This document shows, piece after piece, positions 1 to 14,249 of a DNA stretch of 64,000 bases (positions within the stretch are counted from its first letter, which is position 1; every line of letters starts with the position of its first letter). This DNA comes from Mobula hypostoma (taxonomy: Eukaryota): NCBI RefSeq assembly GCF_963921235.1, contig NC_086121.1, positions 22,382,001-22,446,000 on the forward strand, written 5' to 3'. A program made the position numbers and the translations under genes. The notes beneath the pieces are model-generated. The model made no database searches and was not told the DNA's origin. It was given only the letters and a program-made list of their open reading frames with translations.

Positions 1-1050
1 CAAGTAGGAGGCAGCTAATTATTTTAGCTGGGGGCCTTTTAGGGTTTATCATTTCATATTGAAAGCGTGTTTTGTTTCAAGTGGTAAAATACCTTTCAGT
101 GAAAATCTGTCAGGCAGACTATTGATCTACCGGAGATTTTACACCCCATGTATGAAAATACCTGATTTTCCAATTATTCATTCAGATCCAAGTGAAGCTC
201 AAGTGAAAAATGCTTTGAAAATTAATACCTGCATTGCCAAACTTGTGCTAGTCAAACACCAAATGTTTAGATAAGAACATTTCCTTGATAGGTTTCCTAA
301 ATTATGAACATTAATAATGCTTTAAATATTTATGATCCAACAGATGTGATGCATGAACAATTTTAATGTAAACTGGTAAAATGTTTGCTTCCCTGTGTTT
401 TACTTATATACAGTATGAAAAATATAACTGGATAGATAGATCAGGAGAGCACAGAGCAGCTTTCTGCATTTCCAGTTAGTCCGCCAGGCAGAACACGAGT
501 TTATCAGCACACATATGCTGCAAAATTCTTTTCACGCAGGAAAAATTTTAGCTTACTTAAAGTCAGAGCTTACCAACAAAGTAGTTTATGCATTGAATGT
601 TGGGAAAGAACCCTTGGAGAAAACCCAAATTAACACAAACAGCCTCAATGGCTGATGATGCACAAAAGAGATGTTTGGCAAGACTCTTTCAGGCCTTAAT
701 AAAAATTATACAGTCTTCTGGACGTGCAATAGAAATAAAAACACATGTACTTCCAGCAATACTGGAAAATGATTAAGGCCCAGTATTGGGCCTATTTGGA
801 AAACACCAAGTGAAATCTTGCTTTTAGTACTTCCTTGACATTGGCAAAGAATCTCATTGTGCCAGAAACTATAAATACTTTCATTTTAAAAAGAAAATTA
901 CAGGTTTAATGTATATTGCAAAATACAGAGGAAAGAACAGAAACCATTGAACTGTTTTATTTTTATGTTTTACGTTAAAAAGAACTTGAGTTTCTTTCAA
1001 AGTTTCATGCAACTAATGAAAACCTGAAGACTTTATACATTATTCCTTAC

Positions 1051-1153
1051 CGGGTATTACACTTGAATCTTCCATTAGGTGTAATCATATAAATACTAGG
1101 TGGTTTGAATGGAAATTCTCTTGGGAAAACTAGCTTCCCATGATAAAGACCAC
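1051..1153 (-). CDS. UBE2J2: Ubiquitin-conjugating enzyme E2 J2, coding exon 3 (103 bp); gene continues beyond the left edge
   Basis: Encodes [35 protein letters not shown] (UBC fold, J2 type); acceptor ttctag and donor gtaagg; phase matches the 41-bp exon. Confidence 0.95.
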
Positions 1154-2016
1154 CTAGAATTGAAAGAAACAAAAGCATCATGAGAATACTGAATCCATAC
1201 ATTCTAAAAGTAAAATTTATGCAACAAAAACTTGAAGGCACCATCTTTGATGAGGAAAGGGCAGAACAGAAAATAGCAATTCAGAAGAAAATTGCACAAA
1301 GCTGTAGCTGGTTGAGTGAGAACTGCAATTTTTTTCTCAGATTTCGAAATTATTTATTACTTCCTGTAGAACTGGTTTGGAAATGTGATGGCTACAATAA
1401 AACAGACATTTCTGAAGTATTTTTCAAAATGACCCATTCATTACAAGCGAATGCCATGTTTTTTTCTCATGTAGAAATATACTTGAGAACTTTCTCAAGA
1501 ACTCATTTCCACTAAGACAGTACCTGACATTTTAACCATTCAATATCAGACACTCATCAAGATTAATGCCCTCAATATACAGTATATTAGCAGTGGAGTA
1601 ATTAGCACTTGCTAGATTTTTACATTTATATACACGTTTGGTTACTTTGCTCTCCATCTGCAACCAAGCACCCATATTCACTTGAAACAGTTCAACAAAT
1701 CACTATTAAAAGAAAACAGTATCAACATGAAATTAATTCCCCCCCCCGCCCCCAATTCAGAGCTTAAATCACAATCAGACCCAATTAATATTTGTTAACA
1801 TCCTGGTGATATAACCCCAGCACCTAATTATTTACACCAGATCAGTTAAGATGGAACTCTTGAGTTAAAATTAAACTGGAGAAGCTGTGGTTTTCCTCCA
1901 TGTGGTAAAGTGAAAGGAATGTCCATGTGAAAGGAGATTAGATACAGTAGATGTATATGTTATCTTAATATGCCAGCCAGTAACCACTGATCAGTATGTA
2001 CAGTATCAATACATAC

Positions 2017-2057
2017 CCTCATACGGTGTTTTCTCAGGGCCTCGTACCACATAATGC
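2017..2057 (-). CDS. UBE2J2: UBE2J2 coding exon 2 (41 bp)
   Basis: Encodes (W)HYVVRGPEKTPYE(G); tag acceptor, gtatgt donor; phase 2 in and phase 1 out join the flanking exons in frame. Confidence 0.95.
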
Positions 2058-3278
2058 CTACCAAGAGAAGATGACTATTAAACCATGGCTTCTCATTCTG
2101 AATAAACCCCTTCAATTTAGCACAGCCATTGCAAAGTCCAACTCAATACAACAAGCTACAATCAACTGTTTCAGAAACTCCATTATTGGGAACGTTTTAA
2201 AAATTTAACCAACATTTTTATATACAAAAATTCCAGAAAACCCAGAGTAGAATTAAAATACTGAATCAAAAAATTTCTAAACGACAGCATTTATATTCGA
2301 TAGACCAAAGAACAGGAACAATATGACATCATTTAGATGTGCTAAGTATACAATTGTGTCATAATGAAAAGATATAACCACAAATATGGCTACCTGGAGA
2401 AGACAAATCTCAGTTGTATTCTGATTAATAAAATGAACCTTTGAATTAATTTACACAAAAATAAAGAGTTTCAAATTCCCAAATGCTCATGCAAACTCCA
2501 ATAAGTTTCCAAAACAAAGTGACTTTCACAAACCATAGTGCAGAATTTATATAAAATCAAAACAAGATGCAGTGTGTCCAAAAGTTAATGATTAGTCATA
2601 TCCAGCTAATTTTGATCACAAAAGATGAGCTGATACTCATCTGATCATGTAATCCAAAGTCATATTTGCATAACTCGTGCACATGCACTTTAATCTTGTT
2701 AGTTAAGTATACATCAATATATTTACCTCTACGTCAAATGTTATTGCATTTTACTAGAATGATTGCACACAGTCACATCCATGCCACTAAAAAGCAAAAT
2801 TACAAACCAGGGTCTGTGCATTCACCCTTTCTGGATTCCTCAATTAAATCCCTACTCAAGTCTCTTTTGTTCCTAAGAGAGTAACCATACCTTGGTCTGT
2901 CTCCCCACAGATCCATTATTGCCCTGCCCAAAAGGACTCTTAATTCTGCTCTGCAACCATCACATCCTTCCTGCAGCAAGGAGACTGCGATGTACGTAGA
3001 AACGCTGCCCTAGTAACTCCAGCAATATTGTACTTGGATTTTGGGGGGGGGGGGGGAAAGGGGTGAGAGATTTCCAAAATATCCACCTTCCTTTTGTGAG
3101 GAACAGCTCCAACGTACTGAATATTATTCTCCCTTTGACAACGGTATTACCAGGGTTAATTGGTGCCACACACTTATCGTTGCATTGATGTCAAAGGCAG
3201 TCAAGCTTGCCTCATCTTTGGAATTTTGCACTTTTCCCAAATTTGAACTACAGTTGTAAAATGAAATGTATTCTCCTA

Positions 3279-5295
3279 ACAAGACCACAAGACAGCAGAA
3301 CAGAATTAGGCCATTCAGCCCATCGAGTTTGCTTCACGGTTCTATCATGGCTGATTTATTCTTCTTCTCAACCCCATACTTGGGCCTTCTTCCTGCAACC
3401 TTTGATGTCCTTATTAATCAAGAGCCAACAACCTCCAATTTAAGTATACCCAAATGACTTTGCCTCCACAGCCATCTGTGGCAATGAATTCCATGGGTTC
3501 ACCACGCTCTGGCTAAAGAGATTTCTCATCTTTGTTCTAATGGGCTATCCTTTATTCTGATACCATGCCATCTGGTCCTAGATGCCCCCATTATAGGAAA
3601 CATCCTTTATATGTCCAGTCTATCTAGGTCTTTTAATATTCAATAGGTTTCAATGAGGCCTCCCCTCATTCTTCTCATCTCCAATGAGCACAGGCCCAGA
3701 GGCATCAAAAATTCCTCAGACATTAACACTAATTCCCAGGATCTTCTTTGTGCACCTCCTCTGGAGCCTCTCCATTGCAGGCATGGACACATCTTAGATA
3801 AGGGGCCCAAAACTACTCGCAATACTCCAACTGTGGCCTGACCAACGTCTTATAGAGCCTCATCATTAATCCTTACTTTTATATTCCAGTCCTCTCCAAA
3901 AGAATGTTAACATTGCATTTACCTTCCTTATCACTAACTCAACTTGCAAGTTAGCCTTTAGAGAATACTGTATGAGGACTCAAAGCCCTTTGCATCTTTG
4001 ATTTCTGAATATACTCCCCGTTTAGAACATAGTCTATGGCTTTATTCGTCTACCAAAATGCATGACCATATACTGTGTTCCATCTACCACTTCTTTGCCC
4101 ATTCTCCCAATCTGTCCAAGTCCTTTTGCAGACTTCCTACTTCAACACTACCTGCCCCTCCAACTATCTTCGCGTCACCCACAAACTTGGCCACAAAGTG
4201 GTCCCAACACTGATCCCTGCAGAACACCACTAGTCACTGACAGCCAAACAGAAAAGGCCCCTTGGTGTCCAAATACTTGTCTCCTGCCAGTCAGTCAATC
4301 ATCTATCCATGCTGGTATCTATCCTGAAATACCATGGGCTCGCATCTAGCTCAGTAGGCTCACGTGCTGCATCCTGTCAAAGGGTTTATGAAAATACAAG
4401 TAAACATCATCTAACGACTCCCATGTGTCTATCCTGCCTGTTATTTCCTCAAAGAACTCCAATAAATTTGTCAGGCAAGATTTCCCCTTTAAGGAAGCCA
4501 TGCTGGCTTCAGCCTATTTTATCACGTGCCTCCAAGTACCTCCAAAGCCTCATCCTAAATAATGAACTCCAACATCTTCCCAATCAGTGAAGTCAACCTA
4601 ACTGGTCTAAAATTTCCTCTCTTCTTGAAGAGTAGGATGACACTTTTCAATTTTCCTGTCCTCCAGAACCATTCCAGAATTCTAGTGATCATTACTAATG
4701 CCCCCACAACCTCTTCACCTACCTATTTAAGAACCTTGGGGTTTAGTTCATCTGGTCCAGGTGACTTATCTCCATTCAGATCTTTCAGTTTTCCAAGGAC
4801 ATTCTCTCTAGTAATAGTGACTACACTCACTTCCACCCTCTGACACTTTCGAATTTCTGGCATGCTGCTGGTGTCTTCCACAGTGAAGACTGACACAAAT
4901 ACTTAAGCTCACCTACCATATCCTTGTCCTCCATTACTACTGGTCTATCACAATTTTCCAGCAGATATCCACACTTGCCTCTCTTTCACTCTTCATACAT
5001 TTGGAAAAAAATCTTGTGCTATCCTTTTACATTATTGGCTAGCTTACCTCCACAATTTTTTTCTCTCTCCTTACTGCTTTTTCTCTCTCAAGTTGCCTTG
5101 TTGCTTTTTAAAAATTTTCCAATCCTCTAGCTTCCCACCAATCTTCTGCTAGTTATATGGCCTCTTTTGCTTTTATGCTGTTTTTGACTTCCCTTGTCAG
5201 CCATGGTTGTCTCATCCTTCCTTTAAAATATCACCATTTCTTAATGATGAATCTATCCTGCACCTTCCAAACTGCTCCCAGAAACTCCAGCCACT
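3279..5295 (-). mobile_element. CR1-type LINE, degraded 3' portion
   Basis: CR1 3' end (aattaggccattcagccc) and broken RT frames such as CSLEMRRMRGGLIETY. Confidence 0.85.
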
Positions 5296-5615
5296 GCTGC
5301 CCTGCAGCTCTGCAAAGAGCTCACCATAGCACACATGCAAGACATTAAATGTACAGGAAGGCAATACAGGAAAATATTTGAAATTAAGCATAATTAAACA
5401 TAGGGGCCACATTATTAAGTAAAAGACAAATTTAGAGTTGACAGTTCTTCATGGGTTATCAATACATGTAATACTTTGCAGTGAAAACCCACAAATCAGT
5501 TGAGTCACTGAATGTATTGAACACGATTTCAAGATCATTCTGCGTGAACAGTTACCAAGATACGTGAAATACACAGTAACTGGCCAGTCCTTTGTACTGC
5601 AGTAAACTCACTTAC

Positions 5616-5746
5616 CATTCAAGAATATTAGATGGGAGAGGTTCAGCACAGATATAAGGCACTGGGTCTTTCTTTATTCGAAGATAGTCCTGTTTAAGTC
5701 TCTGTGTTGCTGTTGTTGGAGCTCGCTTGTTACTGTTGCTGCTCAT
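5616..5746 (-). CDS. UBE2J2: UBE2J2 first coding exon (131 bp), ATG directly after the acceptor
   Basis: MSSNSNKRAPTTATQRLKQDYLRIKKDPVPYICAEPLPSNILE(W); tag|ATG and gtaagt donor. Confidence 0.96.
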
Positions 5747-6890
5747 CTATTTATGACAGGAAGAACAATTTTAAAACTCAAATCATTTGAGAACTAGCTC
5801 AAACTCCAAGAACACAGTTACAAATCTAATAAAACCATCCAGCTATTTCTCACAAAGACCTGCTTGGGTAGTAACCCATGAGAATGGTGGCATAATGGTC
5901 AGTTTGCTGAAAGCAGGTTATTTCCTGTTTATGGATGTGCTCTGTCCCGAACTCTTCATAACCTGAATAGTTTGCAAGATGAGAATGTGACCGTGAACTT
6001 TGCTCCCAGGTGGCAGAAGATGCCTACAGCCCCACAGCAGCTGGCAAATCCATTTTGCCAATTCCAAAACCCCAGAGAAGGATTATACAATCCTAATCTG
6101 GGGAAGGCCTGCAATCAGATTATTGGTCCAGGAGTGCAAGGTCAAATTCAACCATGGCAATTGAGCTAATAGCAATTAAATAAATTGGTTAAAAAGATAA
6201 CATCAGAAATGACAAAACTATCATAAAAACCCATTACATCTCAGGGATAAATTTTCAGCATCTTACTCAGACTGGACTACACACAACTCCAGAGCCACCA
6301 ATGTGGTTGACTCAGAAAGGCTAACCCACCCAATCAATTAGGGAATAAATAACAGCAAATAAACAGAACCAATACAAATGCTTCAACATTTACAAAATTC
6401 AAACAACTAAAACTCAATCATTTCAATGTCGATTATTCTTTCTAATCCCACTATTTCACTTCAAATTCTGCACAAGCTGTGTAAATAATCACAAAGCTGA
6501 CAGCACAGGAGACCTTGGGGCTTGTCAAGACTGTGGTGGTTCTGCGCAAGTGCAAACCAGGCAGCAATCCTCATATGTCCCTTTTATCCCGCCCTTCGGC
6601 AGGTTATTAATGTGTGGTAATAGACATGGTGGTGAAAAACCATGAATCAGTTCCCAAAATGACCTTCCTCCACATTTAAGGAACTATGAAACACCAATTA
6701 AATCCACCTGCACTGCTCGCCCCGACAATGGATTCCAGATTGTCAATGCCTATTGTGTGGATTGATTAAGATGGTGACATCACTGGTTCCTTTGCAAATC
6801 TTCCATCCTCTGACCTCTGGTTATTCACTGTCACTAGTGGGAACAGTTTCCTTAGTACAATCCCCACACCCCTATAAGATCCCCTCTCAT

Positions 6891-8895
6891 AGTTCAGAGT
6901 TACTTTATTATTAAAGTACATAAATGTCACCATATACAGTACAACCTCGAGATTCATTTTCTTGCAGGCAATCCACAGTAAACACGCAAAACACAACAGA
7001 ATCAACGACAGACAACACCCAACAAGACAAATAACCAATGTGCAAAAGGCAAACTGTGCAAACACAAAAAGAAAATAAATAAACAATAGAGAATATGAGA
7101 TGGAGAGTCCTTGAAAGCAAGTCCAAAAGTTGTTGGAACAGTTCAGTGATGGAGGCAAGTGAAGTTAACCCCTCTGGTTCAAGAAGCTGATGGTTGGGGG
7201 GTAGTAATTGCTCCTGAACCAGGTAATCTGGATCCTGAGGTGCCTGTACCTTCTTACTGATGGCAGCAGCAAGAAGACAGCATCGGCCTTGATGATGGAT
7301 GCTGCTTCTGCGCAGGGGAGATGTTGTTGCCAATCAGAACTGACTGGGGTTTGCAAGTGAGGAAATCGAGGATCCAGTTGCACATGGAGGCATTGAGGCC
7401 TAGGTCTTGAAGCTTACTGATTAGTTTTGAGGGGATGATGGTATTGAATGACAAACTGTAAGCAACAAAGAGCACCCTGATGTATGAACCTGTGCCATCC
7501 AGATATTCTGGGGTTGAGTGAAGAGCCAGTGAAATGGCATCTGCTGTTGACTTGCTGTGACAGTAGGTAAATTGGAGTGGATCCAGGTTGCTTCTCAGGC
7601 AGGAGTTTGTATGTTTTATCAGTAACTTCTCAAAGCACATCACAGTGGATGCAGGCGCCACTGGCTGATAGTCACTGAGGCAGGTTACCATGTTCCTCTT
7701 GTATAATTGAAGCCTGCTTGAAGCAGGCGGGTACCTTAGATTGCCGAAACGAGAGGTTAAAGATATTGATGGAACACTCTAGCCAGCTGATCAGCAGAGG
7801 ACTTTACTCAGCCAGGTAGCCCATCTTGGCTGGATGTTTTCCTGTGGTTCACCCTCGTTAACGATACTCTTATGTAGGCCTCAAGCACTGAAATCACTGA
7901 GATTGTGGAAGTTGGTGAGGGTGCCTTCATGTTTTGATGGTCAAAATTAGCATAAACGGTATTGAGCTCACCTGGGAGTGTAATCTTGTTGTCACCCATG
8001 CTACTTGGTTTCACTTCGTGATGGCATTCAATCCCTACACCCTACCACAGCTGTCGAGCAACCTTCAGTGATTCGAGTTTAGTCCAAAGTTGCTACTTCA
8101 CGTGCGAGGTAGCTTTCCAGAGATCTTTCCTGGACCTTTTGTACTTTACTTGGTCGCCAGACCCGAATGCCACTGATTTGGCTCTCAGCAGATTGGGGAT
8201 CTCATGGTTTATCCAGGGCTTCCGGTTAGGTAAGACCAAATGATCTTTCGGGGACATACTCACCTACTACTGACTTATAAAGTCTGTGACAGCTCATTCA
8301 GTTCTTCTGGTGAGTCCTTGAACACAGCCTAGTTCACCGACTTGAAGCAATCCCGTAGCCTCTCCTCTGCCTCCTGCAACCACTTCTTTGGCATCCCTAT
8401 CTCTGGAGCCTTGCTTTGTCCTCTGCCTCTGTAATGTACTGGGTGGGCACAGGAGTACATTCAGCCAGAGACTCATTCCTCCGAGAGGCAGCACAGAGCG
8501 TCGTAGGAAGTCATTCCTGCCTGTGGCCATCAAACTTTACAACTCCTCCCTTGGAGGGTCAGACACCCTGAGCCAATAGGCTGGTCCTGGACTTATTTCA
8601 TAATTTATTGGCATAATTTACATATTACTATTTAACTATTCATGGTTTTATTACTATTTAATTATTTATGGTGCAACTGTAACGAAAACCAGTTTCCCCC
8701 GGGATCAATAAAGTATGACTATGCCGGCAGGAGGAAGACAGCCAAGTGATCACATTTCCTAAAGTGCAATGAAGGCATGGAGCAGTAGGCACTCGTAATC
8801 GTGATATAACAACGGTCAAGTGTGCTGTGACCTCTGGTGCTACAGATGATATGTTGATGATAATTGGGCAGAGATTTCTTCAAACAAGCTTGATT
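6891..8895 (-). mobile_element. Rex1/Babar-type LINE, degraded (endonuclease and RT remnants)
   Basis: TLDRCYITITSAY..CDHLAVFLLP (endonuclease end), LDPLQFTY..STADAIS..FNTIIPSKL (RT), and a 3' tail near 6891. Confidence 0.85.
8429..8722 (+). mobile_element. 3' end of a younger Rex1-type LINE inserted antisense into the older element; same family at 29617-29775 (minus)
   Basis: TERRRKSFLPVAIKLYN C-terminus, AATAAA and a GACTAT tail; closely similar reverse copy at 29.6 kb. Confidence 0.8.
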
Positions 8896-10580
8896 AAAGT
8901 CTCTCAACTTCCTATATTCCAAGAACAGCAAATCCTGCTTCTCTATGTAAATAAAGTCCTTTTCCTTACTGGAATCATTCTGATAAATCTCTTCGGCATC
9001 TTCTCAAAAGGTTTTCATTTAATAATAATAAACACTGTATTGATCCCGAGTGGGAAATTTTTTCGTTACAGCAACATTTAAAAACACACTTAGTGTGCAG
9101 ACTTTAATAAAGTACTGAATAATATACACAATTATCAATGTGCAATAATGTACAAAATAATAAAACTGATTGTACTATGATGTGTGTTCTCCTGCACACA
9201 GATGAACTGGTGTATATGCTTATTGCACTTGGAAAGGTTTTCTGTAATGATCCTTGTGACAGCAGAGCTGAGTGAGCCTGTTTGAAAGGGTACTCTGCTG
9301 CTTATTCAGTAGGCCATGGAGAGGATGTGCCAGATTGTCCATAATGGACAACAGTTTGTTTAGTGACCTCCTCTCCACCATTAACTCAAGAGTTATCTTC
9401 CCTAAAATGTTTACCCAGATCCTGTACCAGAATTGAAGGCAAACCCATGCTTTTATGAAAAGCTCATCATGACTTCATTGTTAATGCTTCGATTTATACA
9501 GCTCTTAAATTATCTTCATTGATTTATAGACACATACCCACTAATTGCTCAGTTCCTGTCATTAGTTGTGCTCCACAATTTATACTGCCTCTTTGTTCTG
9601 CCCACTGATCTGCCACTCTTCACCTTTTATTCTGTGATCAGTTCAGCTACAGTGTGTACCCCTGCCATCCCCCTCTCAACGACATACTTGAGGTTATCTT
9701 CTATCCTCCTCACACTTACGCTTTCAAGTTTCACACTGCCCTGAAGTTTGAAAACTGTATCCTGTACACCCAAGTCCACATCTAGACTGTGGAAAGAAAC
9801 ACCTCAAGGTAAAATTAATGGGGCAATGGGACTGCTCTGTGAGCTGGCATAGGCCTGATGGACTGGAGAAGAACCTCCCCATTTCATTAGGAAATATGAA
9901 ACATGGAATTAAGCAGGCTCATTTTGGTTTTATGAAATGGAAACTGTTTAGCAAATTTACTAAGAGTTCTTCAAACTTTACTAGCAAGATGGATGTGGTG
10001 TACTGTATTTGGATTTCCAATAGGAGCCTCACAAAAGATTACTACATAAAATTATTGAAGATATTATCAGCCAAGATAAAGGATGGGCTACCAAAAAGGG
10101 TGGGGGGGAGAGGAGAAATCAGGACAAAGTAGGGAAATCTGAAATTGGAGCAATAGCTTCCTCATATTAACAATTAGATTTTTAAAAAAGTACATCATAG
10201 CTAAACTTGCCGAAAGCATAAAGTCAGAAAACTAGTGCGATGATTTTGGAGTACCAGGAAAGTTTGGCCCATGGCCTTAACGAAATGCCAGGTTATTCAC
10301 TTTGTGAGGAAGAACAGAAATGCAGAATTAAGTCTGTATGGAGAACACAGAAAGCTAATATAGAGGCAGATGAGCATGCATGTATAGGTAACACAAAATT
10401 AGCATGCAGATTATACAGTAATTGAAAATAAAAGCAGAATTTTGGTTTTATTGAAAGATAAATATTAGCTTTATTTGTTACATGTGTGTCAAAACATACA
10501 GTGAAATGTGTCACTTGCACCAATGACTAACACAGTCCGAGTACGTGCCGGGGACAGCTTGAAAGTGTGTGTGTGTGTGT

Positions 10581-11123
10581 GTGTGCAGTTTTGGTCCCCT
10601 AATCTGAGGAAAGACATCTTTGCCATAGAGGGAGTACAAAGAAGGTTCACCAGATTGATTCCTGGGATGGCAGGTCTTTCATATGAAGAAAGACTGGATG
10701 AACTGGGCTTGTACTCGTTGGAATTTAGAAGATTGAGGGGGGATCTGATTGAAACGTATAAGATCCTAAAGGGATTGGACAGGCTAGATGCGGGAAGATT
10801 GTTCCCGATGTTGGGGAGGTCCAGAACGAGGGGTCACAGTTTGAGGATAGAGGGGAAGCCTTTTAGGACCGAGATTAGGAAAAACTTCTTCACACAGAGA
10901 GTGGTGAATCTGTGGAATTCTCTGCCACAGCAACTGTTGAGGCCAGTTCATTGGCTATGTTTAAGAGGGAGTTAGATATGGCCCTTGTGGCTACAGGGGT
11001 CAGGGGGTATGGAGGGAAGGCTGGGTTCTGAGTTGGATGATCAGCCATGATCATAATAAATGGCGGTGCAGGCTCGAAGGGCCGAATGGCCTACTCCTGC
11101 ACCTATTTTCTATGTTTCTATGT
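10581..11123 (+). mobile_element. Young 5'-truncated CR1, inserted in a SINE
   Basis: Nearly identical to the 3' end of the 33.7-35.8 kb element; TTTCTATG tail; host SINE sequence continues on both sides. Confidence 0.92.
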
Positions 11124-14100
11124 CTGGCACCGAAGTAGCATGCCCACAACTTACTAACCTTTACAAATCCGTATCTTAGGAATATGGGAGAATTGTGCAT
11201 TCTCTGCATAACGTACAGAGTGAAGTGGGAATTAAATCCCAATCATTGGCATTGTAAAACATTACATTAGCCATTATGTCAAGAAAGTGAGTTTACTGCA
11301 CTGGAATACTACAGATAGCTTTGGTCTGTTTAGGTACTTGCCTTGTTGGTACTTCAAGTAGCTTCACTAGGGTGATTGCTGGAATGAAGGGGCTGCCTTA
11401 AAAGGAACAACTGAGCAAGCTGACCTATTTTCACTGAAGTTTAGAATCAACTTTAGGGAAATGTGCAAGATCCCGAGAGTGAAGTGTCTCAGGGCGGATG
11501 CTGAATGTTTCCCATTGTGGAGAAATCTCGAAAAATGAGCCCAGTTTTGGAAAAAGGCTCAGCAATCTAATGTGGAGAGAAAGAAGAATTTCACAGCTAG
11601 TCATGAATTGTTGGCATTTTCTATCCCAAAGGCTGTTGTTTATATAATCAAAGACATGACTGGCAGTGTTTTGGAATACAAAGGAGTCAAAAGCATTGGG
11701 AACAGGCAAGGAAGCGGGGTTCATGCCAACACTGGACTAGCCATGATCCTACAGAAAAAATGGAGCAGGCTCAAGGGAAACACCTGATCTCCTTCTGGCT
11801 TTATTTCTCATACTCCCAACATTTCTCCCCCCAGTTTGAACAAATTCCTCGTGCCAGTTCACAAATTCAGCACATTTGTATTATATTTTTTATTTCGAGA
11901 TACAGCACGGTTACCGGCCTTTCTGGCCCAACAAGCCCGCACTCCCCAGTTACACCCACATGACCAATTAACCTACTAACCCCCATGCCTCTGGAATGTG
12001 GGAGGAAATGGAACAAACACCCTACAGACAGCGGAGGAATTGAACACAGGTCACTACCACTGTAGTAGGTCTAGCACTGAACCACTTCAGGACATACATC
12101 CAAATCAGTAATGCATGCTCCTTCCTTTCAATACATGCAGCAAGTGACTTGAAAATTACTATCCTCTGGCCCCATTCTTTAACCTGCTGCTCTTCGTGCT
12201 CAAAAACCTGTTTTTTCAGGACTCCCATTTCTGTCCCTTATTGCTTCTAATGTGAACCACAATTAAGGAAGCAATCCCTCATCCCCCATGTGTGGGTTGG
12301 TTAATTGGCTTCTACAGATTAGCACTCGGTACATGCAGGTGGCAAAAGCATCAGCAGCAGATGAGGGGGATGAAAGATGACAAGCTGCAGGACTAAGAAA
12401 TATGGTGGGTGGAAAGTAGGACGAATGCAAATGGTCTACTGGGAACCAGCACGGACTTAATGGACTGGATGAGCTACCTCCTCTCTCGATAAACTAACTG
12501 CAGGGATGTATTTAAATGTTGTTATAATACGAAGGAAACAGAGGGCAGAAAGTGCAAACACTTCAACTGGTGCTAAATAGAACACGAAGCAAAGCAAAAC
12601 CATTCAATACACGGATGAATTAAAATGGGGGACTAATTGAGCACATTGTGCCCAAGTGTGAGAGGCAGATGGGCTCATTCTGCAATGCAACACTCTCGCA
12701 TCCCATAAACTCTAGTAAGCCTTCCTACTCAAATCTCAATAGATGAAACCAACTTCTCTAATAATTATAATTCAACATCCCTGTCATTATCCGACTGAAT
12801 TACAGCCTACGACCGTAAGACATTGGAGCAGAATTGACCCACTCAGCCCTCGTGTCTGCACCAGCATTCGACCTTGGCCGATTTATTTTCCCTCTCAACT
12901 CCAATCTGCCTTTGACCCTGTGCCCCAAAGCTCTGATGTACAAGTCTGCAAACAGAACTTCTGTGCCACATTCGCAGTGTAGAAATTTATTACCTTTGTA
13001 CCTGTTTTCCTCTCAGTCCAGTACATTCCAATATCTAGTATTTCCTCAAAACTTCCCTGAAAATTTTCTTCCAGTTTATAAACTTGCCATTCCTGGGTTA
13101 CTGATGGAAGTATTTTCCCTACATACAGCAAACAAGTTGGTTCCAACAGCCATCACCCAGGTACAACAGCTTTAATCCTTCGTTCCGAGCAAACGTTAAC
13201 ACTATTTCCTTCAAACACTCTCCCACCTTACTTGCCACTTACATTAAAAATCCAAAAACACCTTGCTTCCAAGTCTATTTGCTCTCAAATGACTCACATT
13301 TCTAAATGTTCATTAATTTTCATCAGACTAACGACAATAATTACCTGGTTTATCCTTCTCTCCCTTCCTGTAGAGAGGTGTTACAATGGCTATGCTTCAG
13401 TCCACCGGTAGAATTTGAATATCTAAGGAAGATTGAAAAATTGAAGTCAGAACCTCCAGCTTCCTTCATCAACCTTGAGGCTTTAGATAACTTTTACACC
13501 AAAATCTGCTAACAACTTTTCTGTAGTTATCTCAAGGTACATCCCATGTTATCTTCTGGTACGTCTACAGTCACATCAGCACTTAAAAAATAGGCCTGAC
13601 ACCAAGTACACTTTCATCCTACAAATTTAAATTCCCATCTTATTCTTCTACTTTTCAAGCATGTTTCTAATACTCCCACTACCTTACACTGAAGTGCTAC
13701 CCTTTTTTCATCCTCCCCGTCAATCTGATTTCCTTACAGATTTTAAAACACAGAACGCACAGTAACCGGCCCTTTGGCCCACAACGTCGGCAGCAAACGT
13801 AACGCTGAATTATACAGACAACAGAAAAATCTGCAGATGCTGGAAATCCAAGCAACATACACAAAACATTGGAGGAACTCAGCAGGCCAGACAGTATCTA
13901 TGGAAAAAAAAGTCCTGATGAAGGGTCTTGGCCAGAAACATCATCTGTTTACTCCTTTCCATAGATGCTGCCCGGCGTGCTGAGTTCCTCCAGCGTTTCC
14001 TGTGTTTTGCTGAATTATACAAATTCTCTTCCGCCAGCATTTGATCCTTACCCCACCATTCTCTACAAAATTGTGTGCCTAAAAGCCTTGTAGTCTTATG

Positions 14101-14249
14101 CACAGAAGGGAATTCACAGTCGCTGATTTACCTAGCAACATAACTGTCTTTGGGATGTTGGAGGGAACTAGAGCACCAAAAATACATCCAGACTGTTACG
14201 TGGAAAACGTGCAAACTCCATGAAGGCAGCACTGAATGCACTTTGCAGC

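Noticed and set aside
6003-6016. CTCF-like CTCCCAGGTGGCAG
   Set aside because: Partial match only, with no upstream module; plausible by chance in 64 kb.
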